DNA of 64,000 bases from Utricularia gibba. Taxonomy: Eukaryota; Plantae; Magnoliophyta. The notes below the pieces were generated by a model. It worked only from the letters and a program-made list of their open reading frames with translations. It did not search any database and was not told the DNA's origin. Of this stretch, positions 35,459-50,225 are shown piece by piece. A program made the translations under genes and the position numbers. The stretch is from positions 496,001 through 560,000 of the forward strand of contig NEEC01000002.1 of the NCBI GenBank assembly GCA_002189035.1, in the 5' to 3' direction. The first letter of the stretch is position 1; each line of letters begins with the position of its first letter.

Positions 35459-35742
35459 GTGTCCTATCCGTTTCTGCTTGATGGGGGCGTTCTTGTTTAG
35501 AAGATGGTAGAGTTGCGAGAAACGCGCTTTTAGGAATATTAGGCAGTGCAAAGTGCGGCCAATTAGAACGTAACACGTAATCTCACGACGACGCGAATGA
35601 CGTGTCACTTTGATTAAACACGGAAAAAAATCTGTAAAGGACCCTAGCCTGCGTTTGTTGTAGGGATAGGAGTATTTAGGAGCAGTAATTGCGGGAGGGT
35701 TCCGGTGAATTGGGAAATCGTGGGGATTGACGTTGGGTGGCG

Positions 35743-37243
35743 ATGGCGGAGGATAAGTTCAATCGGAGAAACCCCTCGGTGAAAAGGATCTTGCAAGAGG
35801 TTAAGGAAATGCAGGCAAATCCTTGTGATGATTTCATGAGCCTTCCCCTCGAGGTTTGTTGATCGTTGACTGAAGCTGTGTCCTTGTGACCTTTTACCAG
35901 AGATTTCTTATTTCTGTCTTTCTTATGAAAATTCTGTAGCGATTGCGTTTCGAGGATGGGCGATGAAATAATCGATTTCCTCTTCGCGTTGATGGTCAAT
36001 TTAATATGGGTTTGATTTGAGCATGATATTTACATGGCAAATATGCTTATTTTTGTTACAACCATGCATTTCCGGCTGATGTATTCAACTTCCATGATCC
36101 TGCGGTCTTCCAAGAAGCAGTTTTTTTTTGTTTTTGTTTCTGTGGACTGAGAAACTCTATTTGCATTACCAACTAGCTATTGATTGGCCAAACGATATGT
36201 TTAATCAATGTTCAGGAGAATATATTTGAGTGGCAATTTGCCATCCGTGGACCTAGAGATTCTGAGTTTGATGGAGGCATATATCATGGAAGAATCCAAT
36301 TGCCTGCTGAGTACCCTTTCAAGCCACCTTCATTTATGCTGTTGACGGTATGTAATTGCGTAGTGTAGAGTCAATTTGGTCCATTATCTGCTTCTGAGTG
36401 AACTGTGCCATGTTGTGAAATGTCATTCGTTTAAATCCTTGCTTTTACAGCCAAATGGCCGGTTTGAAACCCAGACAAAGATATGCTTGAGCATTTCAAA
36501 CCATCATCCCGAGCATTGGCAACCATCCTGGAGTGGTGAGTTGTATATATACGCAATTCAGTATTCAAGTATCGCCATCATTTGAGTTTGGTTGAAGTGA
36601 AGGTACTTTTTTTTGTGATGAAATGTTGCAGTCCGCACTGCTTTGGTGGCATTAATTGCGTTCATGCCCACCCCTCCAAATGGTGCTCTGGGATCCTTGG
36701 ATTACACCAAGGACGAAAGGAGGGCACTTGCGATCAAATCCCGCGAACAAGCTCCAAAATTTGGCAATGAAGAACGCCAAAAGTTGATTAATGAGGTTCA
36801 TATCTTGGAATTCTACACAGGCTTATCTCTACGTTCAGACAGCTAACTCGTTGCATTCTCAGGTACATGAATATATGCTGGCATCCGCTGCGCCTCAAGG
36901 CAACCAGGTCTCTGAAAAATCAACTGTCCATGAAGTCAACAACCTTCAACCGAATCCCAGGAAAGACACCACAGTCGAAGAAATCACTGAAACCATTCCT
37001 CCTCCAACTGAAGACAACGATATAAATATAGAGGAAACACCAACTTCAAATGTGCTTCAGGCGTCAACTTCAGGTGCAGAACACCAACTCATCATCAAGC
37101 CAGAGACCATCACCCCTAAGCAGGCAGACGACCGCATGCTCACATGGGCAGCTTTGGTGCTCACCATCGCCATAGCTGTGCTTCTGTTCAAGAAGTTCCT
37201 CAAAGCAAATGGGCACAACGCTGTTTTTGTGGACGAGTCTTAG
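35743..37243 (+). CDS. UBC32: Ubiquitin-conjugating enzyme E2 32 (UBE2J1-type, tail-anchored)
   Basis: MAEDKFNRRNPSVKRILQEVKEMQ, FEWQFAIRGP..GGIYHGRIQLPAEYPFKPP, KICLSISNHHPEHWQPSW; C-terminal TM DDRMLTWAALVLTIAIAVLLFKKF. Confidence 0.95.
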
Positions 37244-38103
37244 ACAGTCAAGTTTTATGCACACACATATTTGCCTCTGGGGAAGCACAGTGATCTCCTT
37301 GTACGTACTTTACAGTGGGTTTATGAAAGAAGTTACTCTTCTCTGGTTCACCTGAAAGGCATCCTCATTTACTGATGACAATCTGCAGTGCTGAAATCTT
37401 TGAATCAATACACATTACACAGTCCCACCTCATCCGCACAGTCTGATCAGTGGAACTCCGGCCCCGGGGAGGGCCCAAATGGAAGAGTGGGCGCAGTTGA
37501 GCTGTGCACCACTCGTTTGTAGTCTTATTCTGTGTTTATTGTTAAAAATTCAAAGTTGATCTCTAGTGGGGTTGTGTGTTTTGGGGATGCTTTTGTAGTG
37601 TGGCGAATCAGAATCCCCACCCCCACGTGGTCCATACCTATCCAATTCAAATGGTCAAAAAGTCGCCTCCCAAGCTGCCAATCGGCACTTACCATTCTGT
37701 ACATGTCTCCCTGCCTTCGCCACATGGTTTTAGTGTCTCTGCGCCGGTGCGCCCGAGCGACTCGGTGCGCGGACCAGTACGGACCTCTCCTCTCATAAAT
37801 ATTTAAAAAATAATAGAATTATTTATATAATATTATAGATATTAGTGGACTTATTTTTTTATATATATTTCCAAAAAACTCGCGAAATTCGTAATAATTT
37901 TAATTATTAATTAAAAAAATAGTTTTTTTTAGGACATACGAATATTTATTCCCTAAGAAAAGGACATCGCTGCTACCGGGGTTCCAGTCCCGCTCTCTCT
38001 TTCAACCTCATCCACGGCGTGAAGTGTTTGAGAGTACTTTCTTGACGTTATCCCTGACAATAGTGTTGAGTCGAAGTGTTCCAGACTCACAACTCTTGTG
38101 TAT

Positions 38104-41100
38104 ATGGCGGCGTCGGGAAGGAGAAACGATGATCGGAGCTCACAAGCATTGAATCGAGTGCAGTCCTCCGGTTCATCCCACAGTGACCCCTACGTCGCAA
38201 GCAGTTATAATTTGAACAGGTGGGGTGATTCCTCCAGCAGGGCTGTCGAACAATTTAGCGCAGATGCAAGGCTTCACGCCGTTTACGAGCGATCCGGTGA
38301 GTCTGGGAAGTCATTTGACTACTCAGAGAGTGTTCGGATAACCAATCAGTCTGTGCCTGAGCAGGAGATGACAGCGTATTTGTCGAAAATGCAGCGGGGC
38401 GGCCTTGTTCAGCCCTTTGGCTGTATGATCGCGGTTGACGAATCGAGTTTCAGAGTTATTGCCTACTCAGAAAACGCGCGAGAAATGCTGGGGTTGACGC
38501 CCCAGTCGGTGCCAAGTCTCGAAAGGGCCGAGTTCTTGACAATTGGAACTGATGTCAGAACCCTTTTTACACCCTCAAGCTCTCTTTTACTCGAGAAGGC
38601 TTTTGGGACAAGGGAGATTACTCTCCTGAACCCTATTTGGATCCATTCTAAGAATTCCGGGAAGCCCTTTTATGCAATTTTGCACCGGATTGATGTTGGG
38701 ATTGTAATTGATTTGGAGCCTGCCAAGACCGAAGACCCTGCTCTCTCAATTGCTGGCGCCGTTCAGTCGCAGAAGCTTGCGGTGAGAGCCATTTCCCTTT
38801 TGCAGTCTCTTCCTAGTGGGGACATCAAGCTTTTGTGTGAAACGGTGGTTCAGAGTGTGAGGGACCTTACCGGGCACGATAGAGTTATGGTTTATAAGTT
38901 TCACGAGGATGAGCATGGTGAGGTTGTGGCAGAAAGCAAGAGATCAGATTTGGAACCTTATCTTGGTTTGCATTACCCTGCAACTGATATCCCGCAGGCT
39001 TCAAGATTTTTGTTTAAGCAGAGCAGAGTAAGAATGATTGTAGACTGTCACGCCCCACCTGTTTCCGTGATTCAAGATGAAACTTTGATGCAACCCCTGT
39101 GTTTGGTAGGTTCTACTTTAAGAGCCCCTCATGGCTGCCATCCACAATACATGGCGAATATGGGTAGCATTGCCTCGCTTACCTTGGCAGTTATCTTAAA
39201 CGGGAATGATGAAGATGTTGCAAAAGGAACAAATTCACAGAAGCTATGGGGCTTGGTTGTTGGCCATCACACATCTGCTCGATACATTCCTTTCCCTCTT
39301 CGATTTGCATGCGAATTTCTTATGCAGGCATTTTCGCTTCAACTGAAGATGGAATTGCAGTTGGCATCACAGTTGGCGGAGAAGAATGCTCTAAGAACAC
39401 AAACACTGTTATGTGATATGTTGCTTCGAGATTCACCTACTGGCATAGTTAAACAAAGCCCCAGTATCATAGACATTGTGAAATGTGATGGGGCTGCTTT
39501 GTACTACAAGGGTAACTATTACCCGCTTGGTGTTACACCAACAGAAGCTCAGATAACAGAAATATTAGAATGGTTGTCAGCATTCCATGGTAAATTAACC
39601 GGATTGAGCACGGACAGTTTAGCTGATGCTGGCTTTCCAGGGGCACTCGCTTTAGGAGATGCAGTCTGTGGAATGGCTGTGGCTCACATCACAGCAGGTG
39701 ATTTTTTGTTCTGGTTCCGCTCCCACAGTGCAAAAGAGATCAAATGGGGCGGCGCAAAGCATTATCCTCAAGATAAAGATGATGGTCATCAGATGCATCC
39801 GCGTTCTTCATTTAAAGCATTTCTAGAAGTGGTCAAAAGCCGGAGTTTACCATGGGAGAATGCAGAGATGGATGCAATTCACTCATTGCAGTTAATTCTG
39901 AGAAATTCATATCAGGATGATGGAAGCAACTCCAAGGCAGTGATACGTGCTCCTATGGATTTGGAGTTGCAGGATATGGATGAATTAAGGTCTGTCGCAA
40001 GAGAAATGGTCAGGTTGATTGAGACCGCAACGGCTCCTATATTTGCCGTGGATCTCGACGGACACATAAATGGCTGGAACGCAAAAGTTGCAGAGCTGAC
40101 AGGTCTTCCTGCTGAACAAGCTATGGGAAGGTCATTGGTTCATGATCTTGTTCACAAGGAATCACAGGAAACTGCTGACAAGCTTCTCTTTCATGCTTTA
40201 AGAGGTGTGATCCTCCACTACTACCTTTTTTTTCGTATGCATCAAGTCCAAGTATTGCTTTATCAATCAAAAAAGAGTATTATTTTGTCATTCATCACCT
40301 GATTTCTTTTGAAATGCATTTTCCATGAAGCTTGTTGAGTGATATAACGTACATAGGTGAGGAAGACAAGAACATCGAATTAAGGTTGCGGACTTTTGGC
40401 TCTGATCAGAATAAGCAAGCTGTTTTTGTGGTGGTGAATGCATGCTCTAGCAAGGACTTAGCAAGCAATATTGTTGGTGCATGCTTTGTCGGTCAAGATG
40501 TTACTGCTGAGAAAGTGGTGATGGATAAGTTTGCAAACATTCAAGGTGATTACAAGGCTATCGTGCAGAATCCAAACCCGCTGATCCCTCCAATATTTGC
40601 TTCAGACGACAACACCTGCTGTTCTGAATGGAATACTGCAATGGAAAAGCTCACTGGATGGAAAAGAGCAGAGATAATTGGGAAGATGTTGATTGGGGAG
40701 ATATTTGGAAGCTGTTGTGAGCTGCAGGGTTCTGATGCAATGACAAATTTCATGATCGTCTTGCATAATGCTATCGAGGGGCAGGATACAGAGAAGATGC
40801 CGTTTTCCTTTTTCGACAGAGATGGCAAGTGCATTCAAGTGCTCTTAACAGCGAATCCGAGACTAAATATGGGTGGCCGCATTATAGGAGCCTTTTGCTT
40901 CTTGCAGGTTGCAAGTCCCGAGTTGCAGCTAGCCCTTAAGGTGCAGAGACAAAAAGATCAGAAATGTGTCTCAAAAGTGAACGAGTTGGCCAACATTTGC
41001 CAGCAAATTCAGAATCCATTAGCAGGCCTGCGTTTCAACCACATGCTATTAGAATCAACACATTTGAGTGAAGATCAAAAGCAGCTTCTGCAAACCAGCT

Positions 41101-41852
41101 CTGCTTGTGGGAAGCAGATTTCAAAAATTATGAGAGATGTTGATTTGGAAACCATAGAGGACGGGTATGTCTCTGTGGATGCTATACTCTACATTGCAGT
41201 GATCATCTAGTTTCTATAATGGCTGCATATATCATCGTTATCAAGACTCTGGTTTTGCAGTTCAATGGAGCTGGAGGAGGTGGAATTCATACTTGGAAAT
41301 GTAATGAACACTGTTATCAGCCAAGTGATGCTGTTGCAGAGAGAAAGAGGTCTACATTTGATCCGTGAAATCCCTGAAGCTGTCAAGACGCTAGCCGTCT
41401 ATGGCGATCAAATTCGAATCCAACAAGTATTGGCTGATTTCCTACTGAACATGGCTCGCTGTTCGCCATCTCCTGAAGGTTGGGTGGAGATCCAAGTCAA
41501 TCCCAGCTTCAAAGAAACACTCCAAGGAACCACCATCGCCCGCATCGATTTCAAGTACGACCCTTCTGCGCTGCAAGATTCCACTGCAACTCCAATGTGT
41601 CTAACCAGTGAAATTCATTGTGAATGAAGGATCATCTGTCCAGGTGAAGGTCTTCCCTCCCAACTAGTCCACGACATGTTCCGGGGCCAGAGCAGCCGAT
41701 GGGCGACGCCGGAAGGCCTAGGACTCGGAATCTGCCGACATATTGTGAAGCGCATGAAAGGAGAAGTCCAGTACGTTAGAGAATCAGAGAGATGTTGCCT
41801 CACTGTCATCCTTCAACTGCCAGTCGTGAAGCCCACTCTGAGGATCGTTTAA
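38104..41852 (+). CDS. PHYB: Phytochrome B-clade photoreceptor, 4 exons
   Basis: PAS-GAF-PHY-PAS-PAS-HKRD architecture with [10 protein letters not shown], chromophore Cys in [16 protein letters not shown], and canonical intron positions. TAA at 41850-41852. Confidence 0.95.
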
Positions 41853-42527
41853 CCCCCTCCACAGCCTCAACTCCGGCGCCACCCCAGCCCCAACCACCGC
41901 CCCAGTCCAGTGCTACTTACTGCGTGCACATTCAGCATCTGTTTGGGGATGAGGGGCATCTGTGAATGTCTTCGAATTTTACCCAAAATATATTTAATAA
42001 TATTTTTTCCCCACAAGCAAGGAATATGGAATTTGGGTATTTATGACGTGATTAATAAGCGTTTCAGTCCATGTGGGTGACTGGGATTGACGACAGCCAC
42101 ACGTCGTCTGTATTTGTTGGTTGCTCTGAACCTTTCCCTCAATGGGGAAGAAATATTCTTGCTTTTATCGTTTATGGGCACTGTCCAGTGCTGGATGAGG
42201 CGTATCTTCACATTCTGGGAAAAGGGGAATTATTGATTTGGCCCACCACTCTTTTGATCACGGAACTTCGAAGAGATTGGGCAAGATTCTGATGTGATCG
42301 GATGATCGCCGTGTTCTGGATGGCATTCGGCAGTAAAAAAGGTTACTTGCATATTTATATAAACTCAGTCTTGGAACTCTGTTAATTCGTCCTCATCGTA
42401 CCTAGAATATCTCTCCTGTTTTTCTTAGGCCCTCTTGGTAGCAAGAAAGGTGAGGCCTTTTCATATCACCCCATATATATACAGCGCAAGTAAAGAAACC
42501 CAGAATCGAAAAAGGTGTTCCGCGTCA

Positions 42528-45320
<2,793 letters not shown>

Positions 45321-45963
45321 CCCCCTAGGCCAGAACCGAAGGTGTTGGCTATTAGAAGTAAACCAGTCTTCTCTTAACTTTTATCTGCTGTTTCTTATTC
45401 CTTTGAGGGCTTGAACGAATCATTCAAACAAGCAAAAAGAGCTGCTTTGCAGCGCTACTGTGGAATGAAAAAATGGGCCTGAGATCATACAGAAAAAGGA
45501 CAAAAAGGCAAAAATTCAACACTCACTGTGAAAAGTGTGACAATATATGATTGCAATGTTCAGAGGATGAGAGGGGGAGGGAGGAACCCCATTGGTATGC
45601 ACAATCACTTTCTGCATAATTATGTGCTGCTGCTCCTCTTCTCCTGCGCACGGGCATTTATGAATCAACAGAGGTGCATTCACTGCACTGCGTTCAGTTC
45701 AGCTTGCTTTCACCATATGTCAATTTGATAAATTGTGCAGGTTAGGTCAATCAATCTCTTCCACATTCACAGCATTCTCATTCATTCATTCCGCCTGCTT
45801 CTGAAAATTGCTGGCTTTCTTTTCAATTGTGGAGCGCAGAGCAGAGCAAACACAATGATGATGACATGGAAAAGAGATAATCTTTGCAGAAACTACTGCA
45901 GTCAACTACCCTTCTGCTACATCCCCTGTTTACTTAACATAATTAATCATTCTTCCTCATCTC

Positions 45964-45970
45964 TATAAAA
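45964..45970 (+). promoter_or_regulatory. TATA box of the TAS3 transcript (putative)
   Basis: TATAAAA about 75 nt upstream of the sORF ATG and followed by a C14 tract. Confidence 0.55.
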
Positions 45971-46044
45971 TCCATCCCTGGAACGCCAGCCATAACCCCC
46001 CCCCCCCCCACGTCAAAAGCCCCAAGATTTCATTCCCAGCCACC

Positions 46045-46191
46045 ATGTTCCAAGGTAATCAAAGGGTTCCCTCTTCAGCTGCACTACTGAGGAACGGCGG
46101 CCGGAACCCGCGGAGACTACAGAATTCAATAAAGATAGCAACGTTCAACTTCGGCGCAGAACATCATCAATCCATGGCTTGCTACTTCTAA
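46045..46191 (+). CDS. TAS3 upstream small ORF (48 aa)
   Basis: ATG in good context (CACCATG). Peptide MFQGNQRVPSSAALLRNGGRNPRRLQNSIKIATFNFGAEHHQSMACYF*. The stop ends 8 nt before the 5' miR390 site. Confidence 0.6.
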   Translation: MFQGNQRVPSSAALLRNGGRNPRRLQNSIKIATFNFGAEHHQSMACYF

Positions 46192-46199
46192 GAATGCTT

Positions 46200-46390
46200 G
46201 GTGCTATCCTACATGAGCTCTCTCCTCCTTTCTTTCTACCCATGTGTTTTTTTTTCTTGACCTTGTAAGGCCTTTTCTTGTCCATTCGTTTCCCGTCGTC
46301 CCCTCTGCTTAGGTCACAAGAGCAGAATTTTCTTACCTTTTCTTGTTTCGCATTCCCGCTTCTCCCTCGCCGTCTATCCCTCCTGAGCTG
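46200..46390 (+). ncRNA. TAS3: TAS3 trans-acting siRNA gene (miR390/AGO7 two-hit locus producing tasiR-ARF)
   Basis: 5' site GGTGCTATCCTACATGAGCTC (46200-20) has central mismatches. tasiARF TTCTTGACCTTGTAAGGCCTT (46254-74). 3' site CCGTCTATCCCTCCTGAGCTG (46370-90) is complementary to miR390 AAGCUCAGGAGGGAUAGCGCC at positions 2-17. Confidence 0.95.
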
Positions 46391-47456
46391 CCCTCATCGT
46401 GAACTTCCTTCACAGTGTACGGAAGTCGCTTCCTTGTTTGTATCACTGAAATTTATTACACGATGTATGCCTCTTTTTTTCTTTTAAAAAGATGGGCTCG
46501 AAGGCCCAATGATAATGGGGCCATTTAATATTTACAAGGCCCATTGGGCTGTATACCCCGAATCACGGTATCGGTGATTCGGCAGTACAATATGAACATT
46601 AATAGTTTAAAAAAAAGGAAAATGCACTAATTTATTTTAAAATTAATTTTCCTAAAAAGTCATTGCATCGTAGCATGTGGAGAAGAATACGGGATGCAAG
46701 GGCTTTATAGTAAAATATTAATAGTCAAAGTATGGCTGCTGTGAATAGGAGTATTATCGGTAGATTTTCAGCGCTTTGAAAATTAATTAATCGACTATTA
46801 AATAGTTATAAATAAATAAATTTTAACTCATATTCATTTCCAAATTTTTTGATGAATGGAAAAATGTATTAATAAATCATAAATGTTTTAAATTTCCAGA
46901 AAGTTATAAATATTCTACACTAATTTCACATCAATTATCTACGTAGAAATGATTAGATTGAACATCATAACTAATTGAGACCTTTTATCCAAAAATATAA
47001 AGCTTAAAATTATGAGATTTGTATGTTCTCGTATAAATATAATTATATGCTAATATTTGGTAATTTTGTTTTTTGAAATAAAATATTTTTAAAATTGAAT
47101 CGAAAATTTTTTTGGATTTGGAAGATGAGTAGGAAGAGACCTGTTCTTGTTTGGGAGATTGATTCTCTACGGTGTGAATGGATTGGTTGGGACACGTGGA
47201 AGCCCAGCCCAGGAAGGGACCGGAGAAGAAGATCCCCTTCCGGTCGCCGTTCACACGTCTCTGCAATTCCTCCTCCACGTTTTATGCAAATGAAGCGGAG
47301 CAGGGAGGGGTTTCAATCCAACTTAACAAATCACAGCCTTACAACATGTACCGTTTCTGCCAAAACTCTATAACCAAAAAAACAAAGCTATGGCTACCGC
47401 TCCCAAGAACTTGAATTGTTATTGAGTTTGCTGGTTTCTGTGTGTTGCGTTTGTGT

Positions 47457-48685
47457 TTATGAAAATGAGAACAGAGGATTTGCCTCGGGTTGCTCTTGAT
47501 GTTGGAAGAACCACATGTCATCACCCAAATACCAGTCCTCCGGCGCTCCTCCGCCGCTGATCCACTGGTTGCTGCTGTTGTGATCAATGAACTCCGGCCC
47601 TTGATTCAGGTACGCGTGCCCGGATTGACTATTCATGGGTTGTTGTTGGGTCACGTAGGGTAGCTGGTAGCCGCTATCCAGAGTCACCTGATACTGGTTG
47701 CTGTTGCAGAAATCCGTTTGTTCGGTCGCGGGTGTTCCGAAGGAATCGGAGGACAAGTCGGCGCTGGAAATCTTCCAAGCCCCGCTTTCAAAACCGCCGA
47801 AAACATGGGCTTGGCCTCCCATGCTGGTGTTTATACTGTGATCGCTGAGGTGGGAAGTGGTGGAGGAGGAGGAGGAGGAGCCCATCACCGGAACCCCGTC
47901 GTTTACGGCGGCGGAAGCAGAAGAAGCTTGGATCCGCTCTACTAATCTGGGCATCCATAAGTAGCGCATGGTGTCCTTGAATTGCTTACTGTTAACGTCG
48001 CATTTCAGCTGCTTCGCATGCTTCTGCACCCTGGTTCTCCAGTAGTTTTTGATCTCGTTGTCTGTTCTGCCGGGTAAATGTTGAGCAATTTTCGACCACC
48101 TGAACCCAGTAACCGGAAATTCAGATGCAGCCCTCGTTTATAAGCGCAGCAGAAAGAACAGGAGAGAGCAGTACCTGTTTCCCCATCTGGAATGGAGTTC
48201 GAGAATCAGAAGCTGTTCTTCCAGAGTGATGTTTCCTCGCCGGACGTCGGGCCGGAGATAATTCAGCCACCTCAATCTGCAGCTCTTTCCAGTTCTCTTC
48301 AATCCTGAAACCCACCCAACACCATATAAAAGAGTCAGTTTTAATTTTCTGATTCAGAGCAGGCGAAGGAAGACAGATCAAGAAGAAAAAGTTTCAAAGA
48401 AATTTAGATTTTTTTATAACTGAGCTCCATAAAAAGATTGCAGCTTTAGAGTTTCTAAACAAAACCCACCAAACTCCACCTCAGAAAAGAAGAGGAAAAG
48501 CAGAGATGGGTTTCCTTACCAGCGCAGCGAGAAAGGGAATTCCATCGGCCCTCTCCATGGCGAGCGATGTAATTGATGAGCGCAAAATCTTCTTCAACGG
48601 TCCAGGGCCCTCTTCGCAGATCCCCTCCTCCCGCAGACGAGTCTTCCTCGCTCTGCCCATAACTGCAAGTCTTCATCTGCTCCAT
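47457..48685 (-). CDS. MYB108: R2R3-MYB transcription factor, subgroup 20 (MYB108/MYB78-like), 3 exons
   Basis: [24 protein letters not shown]|[26 protein letters not shown]..|[56 protein letters not shown]. The WxPRL motif is diagnostic; the exact orthologue is uncertain. Confidence 0.9.
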
Positions 48686-50201
48686 TTTTTACCCAAATCC
48701 AAAGACAGCAGTAGCCAGAAATGGAGAAGCAAAGGCAGTACAAATCAAACCCGGTGTTTTTCGTTTCGAACTCTGGTGGGCTGTTTGACAGGAAGGCTAT
48801 GGGTTTATATATAGTGGGGAGGTTTCAACAATGAAGGAGTTGAAGTTTGAAAAAAGAAAAAAGGAAGGTGGTGACTGTAGCACAAGGGAAGTGGTGTGCA
48901 CGTCCGATCAAGAAGCCGCAATTGCGACTTCTGAATAGTGGCATTTATTCAAGTGCACGCCCTTTTCAATGGAGTACAAATGAAAGGTTATCGCACATGG
49001 GGATATGAGTCACGTCACGCCCACTGGGAGAACACGACCCAGAAAACAAAGACATTCCCTTTGGCATTCCCACCCTGGAGGGTTCCAGAGAAGCAGATCA
49101 GTTTACAGTTCACAGTTTACAGGGTGGCAGGATGAACAGGGATTCATGAATCCTGGAAGGATATGTATGTGTGCCCTGTGAGTTTGGTAAAGAGGCGAAG
49201 AAGATGGCCCCTATCCACCCCCTAGCAGAGGCAAGGCATGCATGTCACACTTGAATGCAAATACGAACCCAAGTACACAAGGGTTTACTTTACCTTTGCT
49301 CCATTAAAGAATAGAGGCATGGGGTGCCCATTCCATTCCCACTATTACACCACACTCCCTCTTCCTACGGAGGAGTACTTCACCTCCTAAGCATTCCGCC
49401 AACGCGAATGCGTGGGTGTGGATCCAGAGAAGCCCACGTCACTCACTCTCAGAACTCGAGAATCAGGCGGAGGGTATGCGTGTGTTCAGTCTCAGAGAGT
49501 TTGATTTTGGGAATGCTGAGATGACGTCATTCCATTGGCCTGGAACCAGGAATGGAACGTGTGCATTGAAAAGTGGGGAAGGGGGCCCGTGGACGTCGGC
49601 TCTGAATGTGTACAGTGTGACCCTTTTAACAAGATCAGCGTACGCCACGCCAAAACCATTTCCAATTGGGTTTTGATTGGGACCGGCTCAGACCCTCTTC
49701 CTGCGAGAGCATGGGCCGCGATTCATGGCGTTCATCTTGGGCGTGCAGGGGGATCAACCAACGGATTCAAGCTTACAATATGCGTTACTTTTATCAGGAG
49801 CACCTACAGCTTTAGCAGGAGCGGGGTGGGTTTCCCTTCTGGAAGGATTCCACTCCATGATCCCGCAAGTCGTTGGGTCAACGAAGAGCAACCAATGATT
49901 GTGTGGTATTCGGAAAGCGATCGAGTGTTGTGGTTTTGGGGTGGCCCGGCGAATTCGTCAAAATGATGGGGCCCGAAGAGCGCCCGCATTTTCTGGGGTT
50001 TGACCTGCCTGTGTGTCAGTCAGTCATCATCATCCCATCTTCCATCCCTCTGAAACAGTAGTTCAGTTCGATGTGAAAGTAAGTAAAATTGCAGTGCAGA
50101 GAGGGGAGGGGAGCCCTGGCCCTCCCGTCCCGGGAGTGGAGGTGGACTTTCCAAATTGCGATCCCAGCGGACCCCCTGCTCGCTTTTCAACACATTCGAC
50201 T

Positions 50202-50225
50202 CAGCCGCAGCCGCAGCCGCAGCCG
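50202..50225. repeat. (CAGCCG)4 hexanucleotide microsatellite
   Basis: Read directly, in the intergenic region upstream of the MYB. Confidence 0.8.

Noticed and set aside
38875-38895. Natural YHB (Y276H) constitutively active phytochrome allele
   Set aside because: Counting from the DIP Asp, the His replaces Y270 (TGYDR). The Y276-equivalent in VMVYKF is intact.
41900-42400. Possible gene relic between PHYB and GALK
   Set aside because: A long minus-strand frame with one stop exists, but no family could be recognised.
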